Source: Spirogloea muscicola
Taxonomy: Eukaryota
Assembly (NCBI GenBank): GCA_009602725.1
Contig: WELB01000029.1
Location: 911,612 to 949,471 of the forward strand
DNA: 37,860 nt
Direction: 5' to 3'
Part shown: piece after piece, positions 1 to 12,345 of the stretch
Position numbering within the stretch: position 1 is the first letter of the stretch
How the letters are laid out: each line of letters starts with the position of its first letter
Position numbers and translations under genes: made by a program
The notes under the pieces: model-generated
What the model saw: the letters and a program-made list of their open reading frames with translations, nothing else
Databases searched by the model: none
What the model was told of the DNA's origin: nothing

Positions 1-140
1 TTTGAGCTGATGTGGCTTCTGCACCGCATGGTGCTTTTGCTTTTCTGCAGAGTAACTCTATTGCATGCGTGACTTGCGGGCTTTCCTCCAGCCAATATTC
101 CTGCTTTCTGAGGCTGTGCTCCTTTCATCTGTCTCTGCAG

Positions 141-503
141 CAAACAGCTGCGACTGTAACTCCTACAGAGTTGCATCATGCTGCTGGCTTGTCAAGCCCA
201 GAGCTGGGGTCTGTGCAAGCGCCCTCGACAAGCAGCCCCAGATCAGGCGGTGGAGGCGGGTTCGTGCCGTATTTGCAGAGTTTCAGCAATGGGAGCCAAT
301 CACCTGTCGGAAGCTCTGGGGATGGTCCTTGCAAAAGAGATGGCAAGAGAGATAGAGAAGTACCAAGCAATGAAGCTGAAGTTGGATGTGAAATTTCAGA
401 TCACGAACGACACATAACTGTACTAGATTCAGATTCACATCTAGGATTAGGGTCGTCATGCTTGGGTCCTCCCAAGAAAAGGCATTGCCACCAAAGGGTG
501 TAG
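141..503 (+). CDS. Possible last coding exon of an upstream gene (Ser/Gly-rich low-complexity C-terminus ending PPKKRHCHQRV*)
   Basis: A pyrimidine tract and ctgcag acceptor end at 140, with an open frame to TAG at 503 and a basic NLS-like PPKKRH. No recognisable domain. Confidence 0.3.
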   Translation, partial: QTAATVTPTELHHAAGLSSPELGSVQAPSTSSPRSGGGGGFVPYLQSFSNGSQSPVGSSGDGPCKRDGKRDREVPSNEAEVGCEISDHERHITVLDSDSHLGLGSSCLGPPKKRHCHQRV

Positions 504-903
504 GTTTTGCATGGGTTTTGAAACCCTGCATAGCATGTAGCACTACCTGGTGTCATCTGCTATCATTCCACTCCTGCCGCAGTCCTCAGCCACTTGTGTA
601 TACTTGCGAAGAAAGCCGTCTCAGCCGGTTTTCATAGTTGTCTTAATTAGACCCAAGGCACAGCACCACTTGTATGTTCAGATCTAGCTGCTTTGCCAAT
701 CTTTGTTGTGCGAAGCCCAAGAACTTAAAATACATGTGTGAGTACCTCAAAGGTGTTGCTTTGCATACAGATGAGAGGCAGGATGCAGCGAAGCAAAGTC
801 AATTACACGTATGTCTCGAGGCTGTAAGGATAAGTAGGGCATGAGTAGGGCATGAAGAATACATTACACATGGTAAGGGCTCTGTTGGCCTGCTGCATTT
901 TGA

Positions 904-3900
904 CTACTTCTCTGGAGCTTGAAGGATGTCATTGTCACAACCATCATTGCAATCGCTACTGCATACTTCAATCTCCCCAGTAGCATCTCCGGCCGAGAAT
1001 TTATGAGGGCCAGCCAATACTGCCCTCTTACCGTCTGAATCGACGGTGCTAAGATCTATGCAGATGCTTATTGAGAACTTGATCTGAGCAGTCATCCTAG
1101 CTGCTACTTCAGTGACTTGGAATGCCACAAGCCTTTTCCCCTCGCTGGCAAAGGGTAATTGTTTGCAATGACCAGAAGGAGCAGGAGGCTGGACATACAG
1201 AAGGACAGCCTCATGACCGTAAGTCTCACCTGTATTTCTGACAGATACGACCACTTCAAAGGATGAAGTGCACGACTTCACTGCACCTGGTGACCAGATG
1301 CTGTTGGGGAAGTGTGCTCCACTACAGCAGCAGGCTTGCACTTCCTTTGGAACAGAAAGAGCGTACTGATAGGCATTGTAGGACAGCCCGTGCCCAAAGG
1401 GGAAAACTACTTCTCCTGTGTAGAAGCGGTAGGACCTTCCGGGGTAGGCTCTCGAGGAATTTGCTCTCATATGCATATCCACCATCCCGACCTGCTCTGC
1501 AAAACTCTGTGGGTACCAAGTAACTGGCAGACGCCCTCCTGCAGGCAGGGTTCAGCAGCTGATAGGTTGTAAGCAGACAAGTGGTTTGGGAGACTCAGCC
1601 CTGCCCTGAAGCTGCCCTCCTGGGCACGTTAAGGCTGTGGAAAGCCACTACTGACGGCAGACTTTGCTGATAAGATTTGGAATGTCCGTCTCAGTCAGGT
1701 ACCTGGGTTGTAATCTCCGAAGATTGCTTCAGCAATGGCCTGCCCTCCAGATTGGCCCGGATAACCAGCCCAGATGATGGCATCAATGTCATCACTATCT
1801 CGGGCAAATGAGATATCAATGGGACCTCCCGATAGGATAACAAGGACGACAGGGCCCCTTGATGCTAGTCCGACCTCTTTTACCAGCTTCTCCTGCTGTC
1901 CTGCATGAAGAAGCACACACGGAAAGCTTGACCACAATGTCATACAGGCCGATGGACTCCTTTCTTATCATCAAAATGCGCGGCACTCTCAGCAGGACGA
2001 GGCGGAAGCAGTCTGAGTTGGTGGGAGCCAGTTTTAAAGAGGACCTGGCAGTAACAGCGAGGTCCTGTCGCTGCCCTCTCCTTCCTGAGTCTGGTCAAGG
2101 CCAACCAGGAGAATGGTGGCGTCTGCCAATCGGGATGCCGATCTTGCACTTTCAAAACCATCTGTTGACTCGCACTCAACATCGAGACAACCAGGCTCCA
2201 AGATGGTGTTCACATATCGCGTCAAACCCACCCATGGCGATGTTATGGTGCAAGGAATTCCTGCAATAGCAGTGCAAGGTGCAACTCAGTGACGCCACTC
2301 TATGAATGTGGGCTACAAATCTCCACGTGACGATGAACGATGGTGAGAAGACATTCGTTTCAGAAGAGAAGCACTCTGGCAAATAGCATGGCAGCTCTGT
2401 TGCTGGTCACCTGCATAGTTGGCCAGCATTGCCTGAGTGGCATTTGCGTGTGGCCCAATGACAGCCAAAGTTCCAATGTCCACTTTGTCGAGCGGCAATG
2501 CATCTCTCAGTCGTGAAGTAAGATGTGCTGCCAAACGCTGGTTCTTCATGAGCACAAGGCTTTGGCGAGCCGCCTGCAACGCAAGTGCCTGATGTGACAG
2601 TGAGGCAATGGCTGATGGTCTTATGTGACCCCAAGGACCTTGTTGAGGATCTCCGTCAAAAAGCCCCAAACGCATTTGCACTTGGTAGAGAGCAAAGAGG
2701 GCTCGGTCTATTGTGCCTTCTGCAACAACACAGTAATTCCAAGAAGAACATGCATCAGTGCATTGCACGTCATATCTAAGTACACCTGACGCACTGGTGC
2801 AGTCGTTGATCATCAGCTTTCAGTTAAGGCAAAATTGGACTAACATCAATACAACCTCAAGTAGGACTTGATCATGTACTCATTTTAAGCCTTATCCTAC
2901 CACTTAAGATGCCTTTGCCAACAGCCTCTTGTGCGAAGCGACTGACATATGTTCCACACTCAATGTCCATCCCAGCGTTCAAGGTGATAGCAACAGCCTC
3001 TTCTGGGGAGGAGACGTAGTGGATCCAGTCATCAATTACAGCAACTGCCCCACAGTCCGAAGTGACGTAGCTGAAGGAAGGTGACACAAAGCAAAGCAGT
3101 ATGACAGATGAGCATGTGCATCAGAGAGGCGCACTAGGTGAGCTAGCAAAAGGTAGGTTGGCTTGCACAGACAGTGGGGTGCCCAATTAGCAGCATGACC
3201 TCAGGGAAAATGTACAACGTAATTGAAGAGGGGGCTTCTTGGGACAGGCTTCATAAACGTACCCTTCAAATTTCCAGTCACCTCGTGCTGTCTTGTTGAG
3301 TAGCTCCACACTGGCGCATGCAGGCACCCCATTGATTCTGTTGTAAGCACACATGATGCCAGTGGCATGGCCTTTCTCAACACAGGCCCGAAACGGTGGC
3401 TGGAAGGTATCTTCCATGTCCTGCACACTCACCTGCATTGCGCAAGCGCCTGACAGCCTGTTCATGTTCCACTTATGAAATCTTGCAATCTTAGTATCAG
3501 ATGACACCTGCTATACATCAGCAAGCAACTGGCACAGCTGGAAAGTTATGGCAAAAGAACAGCAGATGCTGCGAGACTTCAGACCTTGGCATCAAAGTGG
3601 TAACGATCTGTACCACCCCACGCCTCAAGGTCATACGCAGTCAAATGCTTGCAGGTGCCAGAGGCCTTCAGCGGTTGGTCAGATGTTGAGAGTCCAGCTG
3701 CGAATTCCTCCTCACCCTGCAAGTTGTTGCAGCTACGTGAGACAATCACAAAGCAAACCTAGCAGAGGTGCCCAGAAGCTAGCAGAGACACGCAATGGCG
3801 CTTCAGCTGCCATCTGTGTCATCATATAAGAACGACACATTCTCCTGCATTTGCACTCCCTTGAGTCTCTCCTAATGACCAGCATTGTGGTCAGAAGGAC

Positions 3901-4802
3901 ACAGAGCGGGAGGAAAGCTGGATGGTAAGAAGCTGGGGGTAAGATGCGAGGGGCTTGGCAGAGGCGAGCTGCACATCAAGCCAAGAGCAGCGGGGTTACA
4001 GCGAGGGCCTCAGGGAGGATGCCAAGCTCTGCCTGCCTGAGGCCAGACCTGCAAGCCGCGCACGAATGCCACGGCAAATGCAGCTGAGAGGGTGGGGTCT
4101 TCTCCAGGGGTCTCCTGGCCCCTGCCCCAGCGGGGGTCGCGGAAGATGTTGATGTTGGGCGACCAGAAGGTGAGGCCCGCCCTGCCCACCGAGTGCATGG
4201 CTCTGGCCTCCGTCGAGATGGCCTGAGCACAGCAAGTGGCAGCCCTTGTGGGGGAGACGGGTGGAAGGGCTACCGAGACTGCGTGACGTGGTAGCGACCA
4301 GGACGGCCGAGTTTCACCGCAACGCTGCCACATGACGTGCCTTGCGGTGGGGCAGTGGTGTGCTCAGAGCCCGAGTGTCTCAGCCGGCCTGTCACAGACT
4401 CCAGTGCGGCTCAGGAGGCGGAGAACGCAGAGTGTGGGGAGGAAGACGGACCTCGCCAATGGCATACCAGAGGGACGCGTTGAAGGAGGCTGCCTGGCCG
4501 ATGACCTGCGGGAAGCTGGTGGCGCACGGCGCGCTGCCCCCAAAGGTGACGCCCGGCGACGCCGCCACGCCGTGCAGGGCCTCGCTCCACCACTGTGGCG
4601 GCGGAGAGCCCCAGGTGAAGGTGGGGGCGCCATGGCGCAGTGCTGTGTGGGCACCGTACAAAGCCGCAGGAGCTGGAGCTGCGTGCCCTGGCCTTGTGTG
4701 GCCAGCGCACCTGATAGGGCGGGACGCTGAGGCGCGGCACCCCTGCGGCGGCGTTGCCGAGCTGCGCGACCTTCTCGGCCAGGCTGAGGCGCGCCACCAG
4801 GT
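904..4802 (-). CDS. BXL: Glycoside hydrolase family 3 beta-D-xylosidase/alpha-L-arabinofuranosidase (plant BXL type), multi-exon; first exon(s) lie in the N gap
   Basis: Approximate exons: 4802-4711 ([20 protein letters not shown]), 4592-4452 ([17 protein letters not shown]), 4222-4049 ([27 protein letters not shown]), ~3716-3584 ([10 protein letters not shown]), ~3432-3262 ([20 protein letters not shown]), ~3070-2900 (YVTSDCGA, nucleophile Asp), ~2719-2411, ~2261-2045 (EGEGSDR), ~1899-1702 ([15 protein letters not shown]), ~1540-904 ([16 protein letters not shown]). GT-AG junctions where checked. Confidence 0.93.
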
Positions 4803-4851
4803 CTGCGGCGGCGCCGGGCGCGCGGTGAGAGGCGAGCCCGCGGCCGCGCCC

Positions 4852-5202
4852 NNNNNNNNNNNNNNNNNNNNNNNNNNNNNNNNNNNNNNNNNNNNNNNNN
4901 NNNNNNNNNNNNNNNNNNNNNNNNNNNNNNNNNNNNNNNNNNNNNNNNNNNNNNNNNNNNNNNNNNNNNNNNNNNNNNNNNNNNNNNNNNNNNNNNNNNN
5001 NNNNNNNNNNNNNNNNNNNNNNNNNNNNNNNNNNNNNNNNNNNNNNNNNNNNNNNNNNNNNNNNNNNNNNNNNNNNNNNNNNNNNNNNNNNNNNNNNNNN
5101 NNNNNNNNNNNNNNNNNNNNNNNNNNNNNNNNNNNNNNNNNNNNNNNNNNNNNNNNNNNNNNNNNNNNNNNNNNNNNNNNNNNNNNNNNNNNNNNNNNNN
5201 NN
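4852..5202. other. Assembly gap (351 N) between the divergent GH3 and AKR genes
   Basis: N run with very GC-rich, intronic flanks on both sides. Confidence 0.99.
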
Positions 5203-5265
5203 GCCGCCGCCCGCGGCGCCGCGCGCGGCGGGCCTGACGGCCGGGCTTGGCCGCCGTTGGCGCAG

Positions 5266-6757
5266 CGGACTACGGGAACGAGAAGGACGTTGGCGCTGCG
5301 CTGGCGGAGTTGCTGGCCTCGGGCGCCGTGTCGCGCTCCGAGCTCTTCATCACCACCAAGGCCAGCCTCTGCCGCTGCCCGCAAGCTCTGCGCCCCGCGG
5401 CCGAGCTGCCTCCCGGGCTGATCGGCCGTCGCCGGCGCTCGTCTCTGCGGCTGCTGCCGGCAGCTGTGGAACTCGGACCACGGGCACGTGCGGGAGGCGT
5501 GCGAGGACAGCCTGCGCAACCTGCAGCTGGACTACCTCGACCTCTACCTCGTGCACTTTCCCATCGCCACGCGCCACACCGGTGCGCCCCACCTTCTGCC
5601 CCCGCCTGCGGCTGCGGCGCTCCCAAGCTCTTCTCCTTGGCTATGGACTGTTGCCTGGTGCCAGCGACCCCGGCACTCGCCACTGTTCTTGCTCTTGCCG
5701 ATGCTCATGAGCACCTGCTTGCAACCCTCTGACGCTCCCCCAGCTCTCCTCTGCTGGGCTAGACAGGCGTGGGCACCACGAGCAGCGCCATGGGGCCAGA
5801 TGGCGTGCTCGACATTGACGTCACCATCTCGCTCGAGTCCACCTGGCACGACATGGAGGCTCTTGTGGAGTCTGGGCTCGTCCGCAGCATCGGGATCAGG
5901 TCTGCGCCACTTCTCCACCCAGGCGGTACCCATTCTATGCGTTGGGCTGAACAAGAATTTGCTTATAGCAAGGAGCATCACAGGAGGAATTGCGACACTG
6001 AACAGGCTACATTGTTGGAGGTGCATGTTGGACTGCTTGTGCGAGCCTGCCCCTCGCCACTGCTTGACCTGGCGGTGGAAGGCAGGCTGTCAGCCCCAGT
6101 AAGGAGGGGTCCTTCTTGCCGCTTGCGTACGCAGCGTGGGTGATCATCTTCTTTCCATGTGTGCTTGCATTTCCTGCAGTAACTATGACATTTTTCTCAC
6201 GAGAGATGCATTGGCCTACTCCAAAATCAAGCCAGCTGTGAACCAAATTGAGACGCACCCGTACTTCCAGCGCAAGTCGCTAGTCACGTTTTGTCAGAAG
6301 CACGGGATTGTCGTGACAGCACACACTCCCCTAGGTGGTGGTGCTGCTAACTTGGAATGGTTCAAATACAAAGCGCCCTTAGAGGATCCCGTTATCCTGG
6401 TAAGCCCCAGGGCAGCAGGTTCCCTCGACTACAGTGGCAGCGTGCTATGTGACTCAATCGTGTGCTGGGCAGACCACAGACGTGCAGCTCTGTCCTTGAT
6501 GCATAATATTTGTGGGCCTCCTGCAGGAAATTGGCAAGAAACACGGAAAGACTGCTGCACAAGTCATCCTTCGGTGGGGAATCCAGAGGAACACGGTGGT
6601 TATCCCCAAGTCAGACAAGCTTGAACGCCTAGAGGAGAATTTTTCCATCTTTGATTTTGAGTTATCTGCTGATGAGATGGACCAAATCTACAATCTCGAT
6701 CGTGGAGCGCGGAGCAATCAACCAGCTGAATTCTGGGGCATCGACCTCTATGCCTGA
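5266..6757 (+). CDS. Aldo-keto reductase, NADP-dependent sorbitol-6-phosphate dehydrogenase / mannose-6-phosphate reductase-like (AKR2A); first exon in the gap
   Basis: Exons 5266-5360 (ADYGNEKDVG..LFITTK), 5464-5581 (LWNSDHGHV..LDYLDLYLVHFP), 5767-5899 (DGVLDIDVTISLESTWHDME..RSIGIS), 6180-6399 (NYDIFLTRD..NQIETHPYFQR..AHTPLGG), 6527-6757 (LRWGIQRNTVVIPKS..FWGIDLYA*). Catalytic Tyr, Lys and His motifs are visible. Confidence 0.93.
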
Positions 6758-8363
6758 CTTCTTTGTCAGTATACCAAGAACTATTCGCTGTATCATCATG
6801 CCGCTATGCACTTCAGATATGATCTTGTCAGGTTGACATCAATGAGGAATCGGACTACAGTGACAAAGAAACAAGCAGCTATAGTTGTTGATCAAGGTGT
6901 AGGTCAAAGGCAGACAGATAGGACATCTGTGTTATCGCCCTTCACTGTACAAGCTTACTCAAGATACAGCAGCTATTTCTAGATAGCACCGTGACTTCAA
7001 AAGCGGCAACCACCCTCCACCGAGTTCCAGATGGAGCTGAAACTCATGGCACTGGCATTCTCAAGAGAGACTGAAACATGTTTTGACCAATTCATGACGC
7101 TTTTTGTCACTCTATCATGAGCAGCTGACTGAACTGTTTGTCAAAGCTTGGCCCTGCCCACGATATTTGCAACCTCGGACAGCCTACTGTGGGACGAAGT
7201 TGATATCAGTTTATGGTGTCCCTGTGACTGGACGGCGACCTTGTCACACACTCCAAAAATTGCCAATACTCTCGTAAGAGCAGGGTGGCTACATCAGAGC
7301 AGAGGCTACAGTACTGGAGAATGTCCAAAGATTTCTCCTTCTATAGCACCAGCACTGACATGCCTCACGATGGCAACAAACTTGGGCTATTTCTGTCACG
7401 ACCCCCAAGCATCCATCGCTTTGAGGGCCCACTTTGTACAGGAGGTAGCGCATACACCTCCACTGCTTGATTCACCTTAGTATCAGGTGGTCAGAACTGC
7501 TGACAATATCCCAGCTTTCAGTTCTGTCGCCATGACTAATTATCTTAAAGGGGCGAGACAAGGAAGCCAATCATTCTCGCTCACGCAAGATACACTCAAG
7601 CTCTTTATCGCTTGCATCTTTTACACCTCCATTCAAGATATTACCAAGTTCTGATATCACCATTGCAGTATGGTCCATCTCCTAGATCTTAGCACATTTA
7701 CTACATGCCAAATGAAGAATAACATGTCAGATATGCGCATTTCCGCACTGTATGACGATCAACAGCCCAAAGTATCGTATTGGACAATGCAGACTGGATG
7801 GATTTGCCAAGTAAATTATGACAGAATGCAGTTGTGAGTATTGACAGAATAACACCACAAACAATCCGGGCATGATAAAAGACTGTATCCTAAAATTTCT
7901 GCGTAAATTTCTGCAACCTCAAAGCCACTGAGCTACATCAGAGAGATACATCAGGCTAGCGACTGCAGTAACCTTGGAAAAATCTAACTGACAGCCAGGA
8001 AGCCTGCCTTCCTCTGGGTGTCAAAGTTGGTAGTGGACAAAACCTTGTAAATGGGCCTATCCTAGCCAAAAGACAAGGACCATACTGCATTTCTGCTGGA
8101 TTGCCACTATGCTGACTGGTGAAACCTACATGTTACAAAAACTGCACATAATACTGAGGTGCAAGCTGGGGAAAGGGAGCAACAGAGCAACAAGAGGTGC
8201 ACACCAGGCGCATGAAAGGACGGGAGGAGTTGCGAGCGCCGGCTTGCAACTCAAGGCTCAGCAAAGGCACTTAACGCTGAAGAGTGCAGACCATAGCCAG
8301 TGAAAGATAGATTCAGCAGAAGGACATAAGAGTAGCTTTGAGTGCTTAAAAGAGGAGAAGGGG

Positions 8364-8399
<36 letters not shown>
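8364..8399 (+). repeat. Poly(A) homopolymer (~36 nt) followed by G-rich low-complexity sequence
   Basis: Directly visible, about 110 bp beyond the BPM stop codon. Confidence 0.9.
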
Positions 8400-8403
<4 letters not shown>

Positions 8404-8508
8404 GGGGGTGAATTTTGGAGAGGAGGGGCTCCCCGAGGGGGGGGCCTGATTAAGATGTGGTGGATGGGCAGGAAGGGCAAGGGGTTTTCACAGAGACAAG
8501 GGGGTGTC

Positions 8509-10784
8509 TCAGTGACGTGGGCGAACTCTGCGGCCTGAGGCATCACTGCCGTCACCAAGGTCATCCCATACACCGTCAATGCTTCTCCGACTGAATCCAG
8601 CGCCACCATCCTTGCTGTCCATTCCGGCTACTACTCGCAGGAGTTCAGCCTGCAATGTTGGGCAGCTCTCTCGAAGGTGCTCGAAACCCTCTGACTGCAT
8701 CACAGCTGTAGAAGAAGGAACAGAAATTACGGACGGAAACATGACAAGCAGGAAGCAATACAACTGTATCATCCAACTCAGTCCTGGATGGATGGAGGAT
8801 GTCAGGCAGGATCTGCATCACATAAGAACTTTAGCAAAGGGGTTGCTTGGCTTGCGAAGTGGAGGCAGCAATGCTAAGTATGTCATTGTCATTACCTGCA
8901 AGGTTGTGTGCTGCGTAACGTAAGCACACTGTCTTCAGTTGGGATGCATTGTGCTGCTCTGCCAACGCCAGAGTTGTGGCCACAGTCTCTGCGTCCACTG
9001 TTTCGCAAAGCTTTGCCTCACACATGACTCGGAGGCGATCGAGGCCGTACCGATCGGCTGCAGCAAGAAGATGTTGCGCCATAATTGCAGACAAAGCATT
9101 CTGGCCTTCCTCTGGAAGCGAGTCCGTGTACATGTAGTGGAGAAGTGCTCGGAAGACAGGAGCCTCAACGTCAGTGATTGAGAATTTTCCATCCCGTTTC
9201 TCTCTCATGGGCCCGTAAAAGAGAGCCTGCCAACCAAGCAAGTGACAGGTCTCACAGGACCAATGTATAAGACGGGTTATGGATTATAAAACGACATGAA
9301 AGAACAAGGGCAGAGGGAAGACTTTCACATTCAAGCAGCATGCAGACAACAACAGGAGACCTAAGCATCACTCTGTCAGCAACTCACGACAAGCCAACAA
9401 GGACAGTTGTGGTGGCAGACAGTACCTTGAATACAGGTGAACGAGTTGACAGTATGAGCTTGTGGGCCTTTACAACTTCCGTGCCAACCTCAAATACTAC
9501 ATCTGTGTACTCTTCTACATCCAAAAGCTTTCCCCAGTCTGAACCAATCTGCGTGCCCACCCCATGTGCACTTTGAATCGGTCAGAGGGGAATGCGTAGC
9601 TAAGACAACAAGGCCATCAAATTATGTTCTACATCTGGCAGTGACCATAGTCTCGCCCATATTCCTAGCACCAAACCCTGTGCATCTCCAATTTGCTTAG
9701 CGCACAGGTGACTGATAAGGTGCAGTAGTTCCTCAAAACTGCAAGATATGCTACCATGCCTTGAACCATCAGATGTACTTAAAGTGATGCGCGATCGCAG
9801 CTCTGCAGTCATTGATTCGATACGCCTGATCATACAGGAGGGCTGATATGAATTTCCAGTATTATGTGGTAACGTATAATAAGTGGGAGTTTGAGAGTTC
9901 AAGCTTGTCTGGCTGTCTGGCATGCTACGAACCTGAGGAGGCGGCACGGGGATGCTGATCTGTCGGGGGCCTTCCGTTTCGCTGACAACCACGCCCACGG
10001 TACAAGTGATGTTGAGTGTGTCGTCCTTGAGGTAGTCGGATGTCTCCAATGCAGCCCGCCGGAAGAAGCGCTTGTAGCCCCACATGCTGCCAACCGCATG
10101 AACAGCCGAATGTCATGTATGAGTGCCCGGCTGTAACTCTCTACACCTCCCCTTCTAGATGACTCAGAGCTTGACTTGACCGGATGCCAGTGAACAAAGC
10201 AGACCTATGCAGTTTTCTGTGCTCGCAGAGTCAAGGTGGTCATTCTCACAGGCACGTAAAATCGGCAACTGAGCCCGGTAGGCTGTCCTCATCATTGCCA
10301 AGCAGATGGCGATGACGCGATTGCAAGAACAATCTGTATCAACACTTATTAAAATTCAGAGAGGCAGCACATACCTGCCACGGTATTTGAGGGTGTACGG
10401 CCCCGACTCCAGGGAGCGGTCAAAGTGGGAGTGGACCTTGTGCTTGTCCTTGCCGCTCATGTCGAGCATGGTGAGCTCGAAGAGAGCGCGCACGTCAGTG
10501 CCCTCGCTGGCGAGGGCAATGAAGAGCGAGACATACTGCGAGCTGTCCTCGGCGTTCTTGCCGTCGGGGTAGAAGTACACGGCCCACTTGTAGCCACCGA
10601 CCGAGAAGGTGTCGCTGGCGATGTACTTGCCGACGCCCATGCCCTTGGCCAGCGAGTATCCCGTGATGGTGAAATTGTGGCTGCCGTTCACCGTGCGGGT
10701 CACGTTCTTGGAGCTGCTGGGGCTCAGCGGCGCACCGGACGTCGCCGCCTGCAAGGGCTGGGCGGCCGCCACGCAGGCGGGCAT
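8509..10784 (-). CDS. BPM: MATH-BTB/POZ protein (BPM family, CUL3 substrate adaptor), 5 exons
   Basis: Exons 10784-10375 ([49 protein letters not shown]), 10086-9933 ([10 protein letters not shown]), 9548-9426 ([20 protein letters not shown]), ~9226-8896 ([23 protein letters not shown]), ~8706-8509 ([19 protein letters not shown]). The frame stays open upstream to the N at 10881, so the true start may be further 5'. Confidence 0.93.
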
Positions 10785-11004
10785 GGTGTCGTCGGCCAGC
10801 CTGAGGCGGAGCCGGGTGGCGAGCGCCGCCGCCGCCTCCGGCGCCTCGCCCGCGTCGTCGCGCTCCGTGGCAGCGGCGGCNCGATCGCCCGCGGCGCGCT
10901 GGGGGGATGCGATTGAGCGCCGCCGGGCCCGCTGCGTGCCTTTGGCGGGCCCAGGCCGGCCCCCCCGGGGGCGGCCCCCCCCTCCCCCGGTCTACAGCGC
11001 TCCC

Positions 11005-12345
11005 CACTGAGCATCCATGTGCACCATTTCGTGTCTTGGTGTGTAGTTTGGTCTTTCCTGGCACTGTTTTGTGGCCTTTTGAGGCCTTTTCGCTGCGGCC
11101 TCCGGCTTTCGTCAGGGGGATAGTTTACCGGCAGCTAGTCTGTCGGATGTGAGGCTCCTCACTCGTAACTACGAAGTGGTCCATCCTCCCCCGTTCTGCC
11201 ATAGCCTCTTCAGGCCCCGCAGTCGCTGCTTAGCTCGTACTTTGGCCCCTTCGAACCTTGTCAATTCTTTTCGGGCTGGCTTCTCACAGCCCTTGCCCTC
11301 ATTGGGAGAGCCACTTCTTCTTCTTTTGAGGCCTGCTGACGATGTCCATTCTTTTGGGCTGGCCTCTCCCAGCCACCAGTTAATCTGGCCGCGCTTGCTT
11401 CGCCTGAAGAGGCTATGGCAGAACGGGGGAGGATGGACCACTCAGTAATTACGAGTGAGGAGCCTCAAATCCGACAGACTAGCTGCCGGAAAACTATCCC
11501 CCTGACGAAAGCCGGAGGCCGCAGCGAGAGCACGGCCAGCACGCAGATGCAAGGCGTGGGCCATGGACCGCTGAAGGGAGACGGACAATCGCATCGTAGG
11601 AGAAGGGGGCCAGGGGAAGCGCTCAGAAAAACAAGCACAACAAGAAACAAAGCAGCTACGCATTACTCAGTAACCCCTGCTAACACAGCCTCAAGTCAGA
11701 GAAGCTAGGCTCCTGGAAGTTAAGTCCCCTGGCGAGAGCCAGAGGCAGAAGCCCCTGCTAGCCCCTCCTTTTCTATGGGCGAGCTCCTCCCAGGCACTCG
11801 CGATACACCAGCGTGCTGGTCGTGCATTTGCCCATGCTAATGGCTTCCGTGGTGGTGGTTTGGCGCCTCAGTATAGCTAGTCAGATATGCATGTGCTCAC
11901 TCGGGGATGTTTAGTGTCCCCCTTACCCACTTAATAGGACATTTGTAAGGCTAGAGCTGGCCTCCCTTTCAAATTCACGCGCACTGCGCCTTCCCTTCCT
12001 GGTGCTGCAGCCCCTCTGCAGCCCGCATGGAAAGGCAGCTCATCCAACAGGGTGAGTGCTGGACAAAGAAAGGCGCGGCCAGATCGACTGGTGGACGAAG
12101 CAAGCCTGAGAAGAGTTGACAAGGTCCGCAAAGTGCTGAAACACACGACTGAGCAAGTACCATGTGGAGACTCCTTCGTAACCTCTGGTTGGCAGCCGCA
12201 TGTCAGAAAGCTTAGCCTTTCGGAATGCAGTCCCCTCGACGAAAGCCAGCGGCTGCAGCTAGAGCATGGCCAGCGCGCAGATTCAAGGCGTGAGCCATGG
12301 ACCGCTGGAGGATAATCTGTCTGGGCTGGCAATCGTCTCTTCAAT
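11005..12345. mobile_element. Cluster 1 of truncated CRE-like non-LTR retrotransposon 3' ends in both orientations
   Basis: Repeated C-terminal peptide (..RAGRALAAASGFRQGDSFPAASLSDLRLLTRNY*) with 3'-UTR: + at ~11088-11322 and ~11790-11915; - at ~11402-11597, ~11600-11755 and ~12068-12345. Confidence 0.8.

Noticed and set aside
833..855. Short tandem agtagggcatg x2 (and aaatttctgc x2 near 7893)
   Set aside because: Ordinary short slippage duplications.
4342..5519. Long ORFs spanning N gaps (also 31650-33406)
   Set aside because: They are open only because N codons contain no stops and the flanks are GC-rich; they overlap real spliced genes.
7148..7480. 110-aa ORF between AKR and BPM
   Set aside because: Non-ATG start, no recognisable motif and no splice structure seen.
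8346..8500. Poly(A) tract as a retrocopy tail, or the poly-Phe ORF 8346-8609
   Set aside because: No TSD or element body was found. The adjacent G/A-rich sequence looks like low-quality sequence after a homopolymer, and the ORF is a repeat artefact.
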